Source: Mobula birostris (lineage: Eukaryota). From it: 64,000 bases of DNA. A program made the position numbers and the translations under genes. The DNA lies in the NCBI RefSeq assembly GCF_030028105.1, contig NC_092394.1:43254477-43318476 (forward strand), given 5' to 3'. Of the stretch, positions 52,540 through 63,879 are shown piece by piece; the first letter of the stretch is position 1, and the number at the start of each line of letters is the position of its first letter. The notes beneath the pieces were generated by a model. The model saw nothing but the letters and a program-made list of their open reading frames with translations, made no database searches and was not told the origin of the DNA.

Positions 52540-52861
52540 GATGGCATGAACATTGACTTCTCTAACTTCCGCTAATGCCCCACCTCCCCCTCGTACCCCA
52601 TCCGTTATTTATTTTTATACACATATTCTTTCTATCACTCTCCTTATTCTCCCTCTGTCTATACCCCTTGCCCATCCTCTGGGTTCCCTCCCTCCCTTGT
52701 CTTTCTCCCTGGGCCTCCTGTCCCATGATCCTCTCGTATCCCCTTTGCCAATCACCTGTCCAGCTCTTGGCTCCATCCCTCCCCCTCCTGTCTTCTCCTA
52801 TCATTTTGGATCTCCCCCTTCCCCTCCCACTTTCAAATCACTTACTAACTCTTCCTTCAGT

Positions 52862-52899
52862 TAGTCCTGACGAAGGGTCTCGGCCTGAAACGTCGACTG
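52862..52899 (+). ncRNA. Minimal type I hammerhead ribozyme of the Penelope 3' end
   Basis: agtc-CTGACGA-agggtctcggcct-GAAAC-GTC-gact; stem I agtc/gact; predicted cleavage after 52894. Confidence 0.8.
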
Positions 52900-53635
52900 T
52901 ACCTCCTCCTAGAGATGCTGCCTGACCTGCTGCGTTCACCAGCAACTTTAATGTGTGTTGCTTGAATTTCCAGCATCTGCAGAATTCCTGTTGTTCCCGT
53001 AAGGCATTTGTACATTCTCTGCATGGGTTTCCTCCAGGTGCTCTGGTTTCCTCCCTCACTCCAAAGATGCAGGTTAATTGGTCATTGTAAATTGTCCTAG
53101 GATTAGGCGAGAATTAAATCGGGGATTGCTGGGCAGATGCAGCTCGGAGGGCTGGAAGGGGCTATTCCGCGTTGTATCTCAATCAATCAAGAAAATTATG
53201 TGTGTCTGCTAGTTTCCCTTAGAGAAATGTCAACAGAGGCAAAAATTTCCAAAAGCTGGTAAGCTTATTCAAAAACTGGGGAATTTTGGTTTAATCTAAA
53301 GTGCAACAGATGCTTCTTCCGTTCTTTTATAGATGGTTGGAACTCACTGCCTGTAAGGACAATTGAAGCAGAAATTCATTTTAAAAGTTATCTGGGGAAG
53401 CATGTTCAGGGAGCTGGGTGTCCAAGTGCATATGACAAAAGACCAATAGGCAGGCAGAGCAGATAATTATTAAATCCAAAGGAAAGTTATTATTTATAGG
53501 TAGGGAATTATAATGTACCATGCATGCAGCACTCTGTATAGGACAAGTCGCTTAGTTAACTAAGATGGTAATGCACCAGAAGCAGTTCACAGAAGATTTA
53601 TTAGATTAAAACCTAGAGCTGGCAGGTTGCCATAC

Positions 53636-54370
53636 AAGTTCAAAGTACAAAGTATGTATAATCAGATACAACACTGAGAATCAGTTTTTGCAGGCACCCA
53701 CAAGGTAAAAGAAATACAACAGGATCCATGAAAAAAAAACATAACAAAGACCAACAAACATCCACTGTGCAAAAGAGGACAAACAGTGCAAATTATAAAA
53801 GACAATAAACAAATAGTACTGAGAATGTGAATTGCAGAGCCTCCAGGCTGCAGAGTCAGTTCAGCACTGGGTGAAGCTGGTTAAGGATGGCTGTAGGGCA
53901 ACAACTGTGCCTGAACCTGGGAGAACGCGACCCAAGATCCCTGCACCTCCTGCCTGGCAGTAGTGGTGAGGAGAGAGGGAGACGGTCAAATAGGACAGGC
54001 TCAGGTGGCGGGTGGTGGGGGTGGATCTTGGCTGGGACAGAGTAGTGGGGCTGCACACTGGTTTGCTTTCAGCTCTCTGGCCTCAACACTTTAAATCTGG
54101 CTTGAAGCCCACCCCGACATTCTCTTCCAGCAATGCTGGCTGAACTTCGTCCACTTCAGTGTGGTGTATCTCCAATCCTGGGAGTCAGGTTCACCAAGTC
54201 CTTCAAGAGATTGTAAAATTGCTAGCTCGATTAGACGGCTCAAAGGTACGTTCCTTAAAGGGAAATTACAGCTGCGGATTGCAGCGATCGCATTTCAAAA
54301 GAAGTATACCCAGTAGAACCTTCACTAGTTTATTAAGCTGTCTGCAAAATATCGTCAGCACCATCTTGGA
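53636..54370 (-). mobile_element. Non-autonomous Rex1-tailed element, full length
   Basis: 5' tccAAGATGGtg, Rex1 3' end, TSD atacaag on both sides. Confidence 0.65.
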
Positions 54371-55126
54371 ATACAAGGGAAGGCTGGGCTTGTATCTATT
54401 GGAATTTAAAAAGAGTGATACATGATTTAACTAGAACAGACAAGATTTTGGGCAGGCTTGATAGGGTGGAAGTGGAGAGGATGCTTCCTTGTGGGAGCAT
54501 CTAGAACTAGCCTGTCCCATCCGCCTGCATTTGACCCATTTCCCTTCTCTTCTCACTGCTTAAAAATACGGAGTCATCACTTTAAGACACAGATGAGGAA
54601 AACAGTTTACACTGAGGACTGTGAATCTTTAGAACTCTCTTCCTCAAAGGCCACTGAAACACTGAGCCTTTGAATATCTGCAAAGCAAATGAAGATAGAT
54701 ACTTGTTTTGCATGGGAATGAAAGATTCTGTGGCTAAGTAGCAATGTGGAGGTGAGGTCACACAATCAGATCACCACAACCTTATTAAACAGTGGAACAA
54801 ACTTGATGGTCTGAGTGCCCACCTAGTGCTCCCTATCTGTTCTTTTGTATATGTGTCTGCCGTCACCAACATAGTTACTGGCTGAGAGCTGAGAAATGGG
54901 ACTCGTACTAAATAAAAATACAAGAGACTGCAGATGCTGAAAACTGGAACAGAAAACAAATTGCTGCGGGAAGATTCCATATGTCCCAGGAATCAATCTT
55001 GCTCTAAGTGTTTCTTCACGTACACCACAATATCCTCTCGTCCAGACATGCCTCTTAGCACAACAGAATATTATAACAACTTTCTACTGTTCTAGCCAAT
55101 GAAATTAACACTGTACTTGAAATCAC

Positions 55127-55237
55127 CTCTATCCTTTTGGTTGCTGCCTCAACAGCGGCAGACGTAGCAGACATCTCTTGCTCCACAAGGTCACCTAGTT
55201 CTTTCTGTTTGATGTCTCGTCCTTTAGGCCTTAGTTC
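55127..55237 (-). CDS. HIP1: HIP1 exon (111 nt): ELRPKGRDIKQKELGDLVEQEMSATSAAVEAATKRIE (start of I/LWEQ domain)
   Basis: tag acceptor, GAG|gtga donor, phase 0-0; matches the HIP1 LGDLV.xEM.ATSAA.E motif. Confidence 0.95.
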
Positions 55238-55516
55238 CTAAAACAAACACATGTGCAGCAGTCAGCAGCATCGCAGACAACAGAGATGAATAGAAAGCTC
55301 AGTCAGTCCAGAATTTCAAGAGTTACACAGATAGCATATTTTGCCTTCAATGAACAACAGTGGTTCAGTTCTTAAATCCTGTTACTTCAGCTGTTCTCGG
55401 ATGGAGAAACAGTGTAAGTAATCCCGGCTGGACCTTCCCGCAGTTTAGATTGTTTCAATATGCTCCCAACTTTATCCAGTTCTCGCAGACTTAAAGGAGC
55501 AGGCTCAGCTTCTTAC

Positions 55517-55653
55517 CTCTGCAATGGTGTGTATCTGGTTCAGACTCTCTCTCACTTGAGTGCAATCTGCAGCGCTCAGTGTCGTAGAGTCCTTGAAATT
55601 GGAGAAGTAGGAGAGTACGTTGCTGCCGCACTGTTTACATGCTTCCAACAGGT
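55517..55653 (-). CDS. HIP1: HIP1 exon (137 nt): NLLEACKQCGSNVLSYFSNFKDSTTLSAADCTQVRESLNQIHTIAE
   Basis: ttag acceptor, GAG|gtaag donor, phase 1-0, open frame. Confidence 0.9.
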
Positions 55654-55979
55654 CTAACAATCGGAAAACAATACAATGTCAGGTCTGGCCAGGATAGTGT
55701 GATCAATTATTATAAATGCAAAACACTATACCCAAGGTTTTTTATTTCAAGTTCGTTCCTTATTGACTCACCATGGACTCAACCCGCAGATTTTGACATT
55801 TTTAGGTTATGGAACAAGTAAAGATCAGGCAGGGTTACTACTTCTAGAAACTGTGCGGCACGCGTGGCCAAATATTCACCACCCCTGCCCTGAGCTCAGA
55901 TCTAGGAAAGAGTGCTTGGGAGAGTAGCACCTATTTCACCATCCACACCAGGGTACCAAAAAGTCAGAACACCAGAAAG

Positions 55980-56370
55980 CCTTAATCAGAATTATTAACA
56001 GTGACTATGTCGTGAAGTGCGTTGTTTTGTGGCGCAGTCAGTGCAATACACAAAATACACTACAAATTACAACAAGAATTATATTTAAATAAGTAGTGCA
56101 AAAATAAGAGCAAAAATAACAAAGTAGTGTTCGTGACTTTATTGTCCGTTCAGAAATCTGACAGTAGAGGGGACTCAGGCACCTGTACCTCCTCACCGAT
56201 TTTAGCAATGAGAAGAGGGCATGGTGGGGGTCCTTAATGATGGCTGCTGCTTTTCTGAAGTTGTCCTTGACACTGGGAAGGCTAGTGCCCATGATAGAGT
56301 TGGCTGTTTACAACTCTCTGCAGCTTTTTCTATCCTGTGCAGTGACCCCTCTACGCACGGTGATGCAGTA
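55980..56370 (-). mobile_element. Rex1-type 3' fragment
   Basis: KAAAIIKDPHHALFSLLKSVRRY. Confidence 0.75.
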
Positions 56371-56448
56371 TCAAATTAGAGCCCCACTGCAACATATAAT
56401 CTTTTCAAAAATATGCTGAGAGCAAAAAAAAAATCAAGAAATCAATAA

Positions 56449-56585
56449 CGCAAACATGAGGAAATCTGCAGATGCTGGAATTTCAAGCAACACACATAAA
56501 AGTTGCTGGTGAACGCAGCAGGCCAGGCAGCATCTCTAGGAGAGGTACAGTCGACGTTTCGGGCCAAGTCCCTTCATCAGGACAA
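56449..56585 (-). mobile_element. Short PLE 3'-end insertion (hammerhead plus tail)
   Basis: 10-bp TSD aaatcaataa (56439-48 / 56586-95). Confidence 0.85.
56548..56583 (-). ncRNA. Minimal hammerhead ribozyme (PLE), sense in the HIP1 pre-mRNA
   Basis: minus strand gtc-CTGATGA-agggacttggccc-GAAAC-GTC-gac. Confidence 0.75.
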
Positions 56586-57594
56586 AAATCAATAAATCCA
56601 TTTCGTTCTTTTAAGAAATTATCACTGATTTTTTCTGAAGAAAGAGCAGCAAATATACAAGATCTACTTGCATAACAGTCCAAACCAAAGGTCCAAACCA
56701 ATTGTTCTGTACCAATTTACAGGAAGGTGGAGGGTTTTCTGTTCCCTTCTTTCCTATTACGGAAGAATTCCAAGAGAGGTGCAGAGACAGCACGGAGGAA
56801 ATACAGAATGGGGGAGGGGAGAGGAAGCTGAGTGGTGCAAGAGAAGGCAGCTAGGGGACAGACACACCAGAGGAGGGGAAATTAAAGAGATGGAGGAACA
56901 GAATGTGAAGTGCAGTCATGATGCTGTTCATGCAGTGCAGAGGTATGCAAGTGTGAAGACCATCAGACATAGAAGCAGAATTAGGCCATTCAGTCCATCG
57001 AGTCCCGTTTGCTATTCCACCATGGCTGATTTATTACCCTTCTCAAGACCCTATTCTCTTGCCTACTTCCCGTAACTTTTGACACCATGACTAATCAAGA
57101 ACCTATCAAGCTCTGCATTAAATATACCCAAGGACTTGGCCTCCACAGCCCTCTGTGGCAATAAATTCCACAGATTCACTATCTGCTAGCTAGAAATTCC
57201 TCATCTCTGTTCCTCTATTCTGAGGCTGTGCCATCTGGTCCGAGACTCCCCTACGATAGGAAACATCCTCTCCTCATCCACTCCAACATGTCCTTTTGAT
57301 ATTCAATGGGTTTCAATGAGATTCCTCTTCATTCTTCTAATCTTCAGTGAGTACAGGCCTGGAGCCAAATGCTCCTGTGTTAACCCTTTCGTTCCCTGAA
57401 TCATACCCAAAAATTTCCTCTGGTCCCTCTCCAATGCCAGCAATACTCCAAATAAGGTCTGATCAATGACTTATACAGCCTCATCATTACATCCTGATTC
57501 TATATCCTAGTCTTCTTGAAATGAATGCCAACAATACAATTGCCTTCCTTACCAGTAACTCAACCTGCAAGTCAATCTTCAAGGAATCCTACAA

Positions 57595-58665
57595 AGTTCA
57601 AAGTATATTTATTATCAAAGTATGTATACTATACACAACATGTACCAGCATGTGAAGACAGACTCCAGCGGATTGAGTGGACGAGACCAATGGAAGGTCC
57701 AACGGTCAAGAAGGAGGTCTCTGCAAGCGTCGTGGAACTCATACAGCATGACTAGACACAGAAGACGTCCTGGTCATCCACTGCACCTAGTCCCATCTCC
57801 AGCCGTCTCGACTATTGTCTTGCCACTGGATCCAGATGGGAATTGGGAAGAGAGAGTGAGGCTGACACTGCGCAACTCTCCCTCACTTAAATCCAAATCA
57901 TGCGCTAGACTCGACACCATCAATTGGTGTCAAGGCCTTCATCGACAATGATGGACAAACACGAATACTTATTATCGATGTATACTATACACAACGTTGA
58001 GACAGCCATAAAACTAAGAAATCCAGTAGAATCGATTAAGACAGACCACCAAACACCCAATGTGCAGGGGGAAAAAAAACACAAATTGGGCAAACAGTAA
58101 AATTGAGCCCATTATTTGCAGGCCACAGCCTCAGTGCAGCACAGAGCCGAGTAAACCTCGCGGAGCAGCAAACTGAAGAGGCCCACCCTCACCTCCAGCC
58201 CTGGCACCCTGATCTGGCCCAGCGCTCAAATCTTCCAAATCTCTGGTCAATCCTTGCTCTTGAACCCAGGCTCCAGCACCTCGACTTGTCCTGTACTCGA
58301 CATTACCAATTTGACCCAGTGCTTAAATTGATCAAACCTCGAGTCTTTCCTCTGCCTCACCTTGTCTCTACAGCATCCAATCGCCTCCAGCCGCTCCAGC
58401 AATGGCCAAACATTAGCTCATTTCCTGCTCTCGGGCCTGGCCCTGCAGCCTCAATTCAGCCCGTACACACCACAACGCAATTGTTCCACACCTTCGAGAG
58501 TTCAATTCACACCTCAAAAATGCCAAGTCATACAGAAGGCTCAAAAGCTCATCTCCAAAAGGAAGTTGTTCACCAGGAAAACTACGATTAGTAAAGTAGT
58601 TCATAGCTATGTTTGTTTATCTCTAACCAGCAAATAGTCACTACGCTTCATAAAAGCCATCTTAA
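57595..58665 (-). mobile_element. Non-autonomous Rex1-tailed element with an RTE-derived insertion in its tail
   Basis: 5' AAGATGGC at ~58663; (ttgaac)-type tail at ~57600. Confidence 0.65.
57641..57963 (+). mobile_element. RTE-derived non-autonomous element
   Basis: RTE 5'UTR-like motifs (tggtcatccactgcacc, cttgccactgga, cctcacttaaatcca); ~30-bp degenerate TSD. Confidence 0.6.
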
Positions 58666-59814
58666 ACTGGAGAGTCTTGGGAGACCTGTATGTGGACTCC
58701 CTAGTCCCTTTGCACTTCTGATTTTTTTTAAAAATTCTAACTTTCCACCAAAGTGCATGACTTTACACTGCCTTACACTATATTCCATCAGGCACTTTTT
58801 TGCCCATTCTTCCCATCTGTCTAAACCCTTCTACAGACTCCCTGCTTCCTCAATACTACCTGACACTCCACCTATCTTCATGTCATCTGCCAACTTTGCC
58901 ATAAAGCCATTAATTCCATTATTCGTATCACTGACATATGACATGAAAAGAAGCAGTCCCAACACCACTAGTCATTGGTAGCCAACCAGCAAAGGTTCCC
59001 TTTATTCCCACACTTAGTCTCCTGTCAGTCAGCCAACCTCCTATCCATATCAGAGTCTTTCCTGTAATACCACGGGCTCTTATCTAGTTAAGCAGCCTCA
59101 TGTGCGGCACCTTGCCAAAGACCTTCTGAAGATCCTTATATATACATCCATCAACTCTCCTTTGTCTATCCTGCCTGTTATTTTTTCAAAGAACTCTAAT
59201 AGATTTGTCAGAAAGGATTTCCCCTTTGGAAATTGTGATGACTTTGGCCTATTTTATCATGTGCCTACGAGTACCTCGAAACCTCATTCTTTATAATTGA
59301 CGCCAACATCTTCCCAACCAATGAAGACAGGCTAACTAGCCGATAAGTTCCTTTCTTTTGCTATCCTCCCTTCTTAAAGAGTGGAGTGATATTTGCTGTT
59401 TTCCAGTCCTCCGAAACCATTCCAGAATCTGGTGACTCTTGAAAGATCATTACAAATGCCTTTACAAAAGCCTTCAGCTACTTCTTTCAGAACATTGGGG
59501 TGTAGTCCATCTGGTCCAGGTGACTTATCTACCTTAAGAACTTTCAGTTTCCCAAGCACCTTCCCCTTAGTGATAGCAATTGAACCCACTTCTGCCCACT
59601 GACTCTCAAATTTCTGGCTTATTGCTTGTGTCTTCCACAGTGAATATTGATGCAAAATACTTATTAAGTTCATCTGCCTTTTCTGTGAACCCCAATACTA
59701 ACTTTCGAGCCTCATTTTCCAGTGGTCCGATAGCCACTCACTTTCCTTTTACTCTTTATACCCGAAAAATTTTTTGGTGTCCTCCTTTTTTATTATTGGA
59801 TAGCTTACCTTCAT

Positions 59815-59995
59815 ATTACATGATGGTATTACTCTGCTGTCAGCAGACAGCAGAGAGATGACATCACTCGCGGCAGAGTGATGACATCACTCACGGCAGA
59901 CAGCGGAGTGATGGCATTACTTACCATCAGTACACAGCAGTGATGACATTACTCAGTCTGCAGAGAGCAGACAGAGCATTACTAACCGCCTGCAA
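59815..59995 (-). repeat. Degenerate tandem array resembling duplicated 5' splice sites
   Basis: ~6 units, g(t/c)(a/g/t)agt(a/g)atg(t/c)catcact.. on the minus strand; palindrome gagtgatgacatcactc. Confidence 0.75.
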
Positions 59996-60043
59996 ATAAT
60001 GGATTAACAACACTGGCAAATGCAGACAATAAACGTTACTTAC

Positions 60044-60151
60044 TATCCGCCTGCTCCATTGGAACCATGTGGGAAGTGGCACTTCCCTGAACAATGGTGT
60101 CACTCATCAGATGGGTAAAGAGGGTCACTGACTGCAGCAGGCTGCTAGCAT
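60044..60151 (-). CDS. HIP1: HIP1 internal exon (108 nt, ~human exon 21): (D)ASSLLQSVTLFTHLMSDTIVQGSATSHMVPMEQAD
   Basis: AG acceptor 60153-52, GTAAGT donor at 60043; open frame, phase 1-1; splices in frame to the next exon; HIP1-like peptide. Confidence 0.9.
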
Positions 60152-60779
60152 CTGAAAAATAAATAAATCTTTTAGAGAATCAAAAAAAACAAACACAGTA
60201 ATGTCAGATGTGAACCCAGTACATCTTAAGCAGCGATCCCCTGTCCATATCATGAAGAATTTCCAGCTCCTCCATCTCTGAAACAATTAATTATGCTGGC
60301 ATACACTTTGCAAATATTGGTGCAGACATTCCAAGTGCCCAACTTCATCAACCATGGTAGGAGAGAATAAAAAGTATTGGCAATATTAGCAATAGGGATA
60401 TGCTTGGACAAAAAGATCCCAAAAGCTGTCCAATTTACCAAGTAATTAGAAGATAAAACAGCCTAGTGGTGATTGCAATGGAGTTGTAGTAAAAGAACAA
60501 AGAACAGTCACAGCACTTACTCAAGCTTTGATGCAACCAAACTTTGCATGTTGTGTGGTTTCCTTAACCCAATGAGGAATGATATACAGTACTTGTTTTA
60601 AACTGATGTAACAAATCATTCACGGGATACCCTACAGTGATGAAACAACAGCCCTAATGGCAAAAGTCAACTGAATGGGCATGTCTTCTCTGATAAATGG
60701 GGATTTCTTTCATCACACAGATGTCGATAGGCTGATTCAAAGGCAAGAGTGTAGAACTAAATTCACATCTACTGTCATG

Positions 60780-62005
60780 GGCTTACAACTGGGTAATAAA
60801 TGCCATGAAAAGCAGAGTTTTGTAGTAGCAGCACATTACAAAGAAGACAAACACAATTTACATTAATTTAAATGAACATAAATCATAAACAACTTACAAG
60901 ACACAAACAAAAATAACATAATGGAATTAGTGGAATCAGAGGGAAACCTAGTGCAAGACAGAATTTTTCAGGTTGGTTCAAGAACCTGATAACAATGGGG
61001 AAGAAGCTGTAGGTCTTCAGGCTCTCGTATCTGCTGCACAACAGCAGTAATGAGAAGAGGCTGTGGCCCAGATGGGGGGAGTCTCTGATGACCAATGTTA
61101 CCTTCTCACAATGGAAATAGCTGAGCCCACCACTCTCTAGAGCCGGGGTCGGCAACCTTTTTGCCTCTGTGGGCCGGATCGTGTATTAATGAGCGGACGG
61201 TGGGCCAGATAAATGCCATAAAAAACTTGAAATATGGGAATTATCCATTTAAATACATCTAGTTATGTTTTGCCTCAAATTAATGAATAACGCATGCTAG
61301 AAAATCATTTGTGCTTAAGGTTGCCGACCCCTGCTCTAGAGCCTTTTATGTCTCTGTGCATTAGAGTTCCCATATCAGGCCGTGATATTACCAGTCAAAA
61401 TGCTTGTACGTCATTAGAAGTTTGGCAGAGTCTTTGGTGCCACACTGAATCTCCTTAAACTTCTAAAAGAGTGACTGGTGCACCATCACCACGGTTTCAT
61501 CTGTTTGCTGGGCCCAGAATAGAAATCCAAGATGTTGACATCCAGGAACTTGAAGCTGCTCACTCATTCCATCACTGATCCTTGAACATGGACTGGCGAG
61601 TGTTTACTTTCCCACAATCAGTTCCTTAGTTTTGCTGACACGGAGCACAAGTCTGTTGTTATGACACTACTCGAGCGGCCAGCCCAACTCACTCCTATAC
61701 TTCGCTATTCATGATGCTGCCGACTACAGTGTGTCATTGGCAGATTTGTAGATGGGTTTGAGGCTGTGCTTAGCCATGCAGTAAGAAGCAGAGAGAGAGC
61801 AGAGCAAGTGGCTACACACACAGGCCTGAAGTGCACCTGTGTTTTAGGTCAGTGAGGAGGAGACGAAGTTTCTGATCCATACTGATCCTGAGCTTCCAGC
61901 GAGGAGGTCGAGGGCCCGACAGCACGGGAAGCTACAGAGACCCATGTCTTGGAGCCTGACAACAAGCTTTGACTGGATAATGGTGTTGAAAATACCGAGC
62001 TGTCA
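60780..62005 (-). mobile_element. Rex1-type fragment with a hAT MITE insertion
   Basis: IRDSPHLGHSLFSLL..YSFFPIVIRFLN. Confidence 0.7.
61143..61333. mobile_element. 191-bp hAT (Charlie-type) MITE
   Basis: TIR ccggggtcggcaacct / aggttgccgacccctg; perfect 8-bp TSD ctctagag. Confidence 0.93.
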
Positions 62006-62239
62006 TCACAGTCTGAGACTGAGGGGTTGTTTATTTATAACCAAAGGAAAAAAATTCTTTGGTCAAAGATATAGATCTTTGGAATTCTTTATCAGAGAGG
62101 GATGTGGAAGCTCAGTCATCAGTGGATTCTAGCCTGAGACCGAAGAGAATAAAGAAAAATGGTGATGGTGTAGAAAGGTGGATTTATGTTAGAACTCCAT
62201 GCAGACATGTTCAGTTGAACAGCCTGTTCACCATCCCGT

Positions 62240-62670
62240 CTTTCCTGGTGGTATGGAGCTCCTCGGTGGTACTGAGGGAACCCTACACTGGCAGAGATGC
62301 TATTTTTCATTAGCCAAGAGACCACATTCCCTCAAATGGATTCAGAAGGCCAGGGCATTAAATCATTGAGGAACTCTCCCTATTTGCACAGGCTGATGTT
62401 TATCCTTCAATTAACACCAAAACAGATGATCTGATCCTGATTTGTGGCTATGTTTCCAACAGCACTCAGATTTCACATGAAAACTGGACACCGCACTAGT
62501 CAATTGAGTGATCAACTATACATTGAATGAATACATGTCCTTCCTCTGTGCTTATTGTTATCTAACCTGCTAGCCAGTTGCTTGCCATCAAGGACACCCA
62601 TTGTGGCCTGCATTTCAAATGCAGAATGGCACCCTGACAGTGCAGCACTCCCTCTGTACGGTACTATGAT
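62240..62670. mobile_element. Two DeuSINE (SacSINE-like) remnants in opposite orientation
   Basis: gtactgagggaaccctacactg (+) and gacagtgcagcactccctc (-) Deu-core motifs. Confidence 0.55.
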
Positions 62671-63359
62671 GGCATATCAATATATATAAAAAACACTCGG
62701 GCAAATGCAAGTCTGCCCCTGAAGCAGGCTTTTCCTGACCTATCACACACCCCCTTTTCATGTTGAATTGGTATTCCCACTGGCGAGCTGATATACTGTA
62801 ACTCTTGCTTTATATATTCGCAGGCTGCAAATTACCCGATTCCAGTCATGTGACTAGTTGCTCCTAGGGAGAAGGTGAAAGTCTAGTAGTAAAGGACCAT
62901 GGTAACTTCTAGCACCACAACCAATGCATGGCCACCTGTCAATGTGAGGAGCACAGGTCCTTGGTACCTTGACTGGAAGACATTAGGTTGCTAATTCCCA
63001 AAGCGGCTGCAGACCAGTCCACGTGGGGGCACTGTGGCCTTGTAACAGCAGCAGCCCCAGCCTCCAGTGGATTTATGGCTCCGGCTTCTAGCTACTCCAA
63101 AAGCTCTTCGTCCCATAATCAAACTGACCAATTGAGCACCGAGCTTTTGATGTAGAAGCAGAACAAAGATTCAAAGAAATTGGACAATAAACCACACTAG
63201 TACACTGACATCAATGCAGATTTTCCCTTATTATGCATGCAAATTCCTCCAAATCAAAACTTGGTCACAGTTCTAAAACCAACCCTGCCTATGATGACTG
63301 AATGGGTTCAGCAGCGGGTAACCTTACATACATCCTAAGGATAAAGATATCAACAAAAT

Positions 63360-63860
63360 AGAGTACAGAACAGAGAAGATTTACTATAATGTTACCTGGG
63401 TTTCAGCACCTAAGTTACAGAGGAAGGTTGAACAAGTTGGGTCTTTATTCTTTGGAGCATAGAAGGTTGAGGGTGGACTTAATAGAGGTATTTAAAATTA
63501 TGAGGGGGATAGATAAAGTTGACATGGATAGGCTTTTTCCATTGAGAGTGGGGGAGATTCAAACAAGAGGACATGAGTTGAGAGTTAGGGGGCAAAAGTT
63601 TAGGGGTAACATGAGGCGGAACTTCTTTACTCAGGGAGTGGTAGCTGTGTGGAACAAGCTTCCAGCAGAAGTGGTAGAGACAGGTTTGATATTGTCATTT
63701 AAAGTAAAATTGGATAGGTATATGGACAGGAAAGGAATGGAGGGTTATGGGCTGAGTGCAGGGTGGTGGGACTAGGTGAGAGTAAGCGTTCAGCACTGAC
63801 CAGAAGGGCCGAGATGGCCTGTTTCCGCGCTGTAATTGTTATATGGCTATATGATATTAT
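63360..63860 (+). mobile_element. Young CR1 3' fragment
   Basis: open ORF 63389-63775 LGLYSLEHRRLRVDLIEVFKIM...RNFFTQGVVAVWN; gttatatg-type tail. Confidence 0.9.
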
Positions 63861-63879
63861 TGGAACCCAATAAAAGCGG

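Larger units (their letters stand above)
51146..52995. mobile_element. Penelope-R2 chimeric insertion: inverted PLE 3' arms (51146-51564, 52540-52995) enclosing an R2 fragment
   Basis: arms are near-perfect reverse complements over ~420 bp; degenerate 14-bp TSD cccattaggcattt (51133-46) / cccgtaaggcattt (52996-53009); splits a V-SINE. Confidence 0.92.
51074..53190 (+). mobile_element. HE1/V-SINE split by the Penelope-R2 chimera (51074-51146 and 52996-53190)
   Basis: tRNA-like head with ggttcaattcc B-box; V-domain gggtttcctccaggtgctctggtttcctccc. Confidence 0.8.
56960..59815 (-). mobile_element. CR1 fragment interrupted by a non-autonomous element (57595-58665)
   Basis: KLKVLKVDKSPGPDGLHPNVLKEVA; CR1 3' UTR at the left end. 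Confidence 0.85.

Noticed and set aside
51795-52575. Functional domesticated R2 nuclease gene
   Set aside because: Two frameshifts, catalytic PD->PN, and no evident start or promoter.
51146-52995. DNA transposon with long TIRs
   Set aside because: The arms are PLE 3' ends of unequal length, there is no transposase, the TSD is 14 bp, and the second copy has different arm and cargo lengths, all consistent with retrotransposition.
59815-59995. CRISPR-like array
   Set aside because: Eukaryotic context, degenerate units, no unique spacers, no cas genes.
39115-60151. HIP1R or talin assignment
   Set aside because: MDFSSMTLTQIKRQEMDSQ and KKHYELAGVAEGW match HIP1, not HIP1R or talin.
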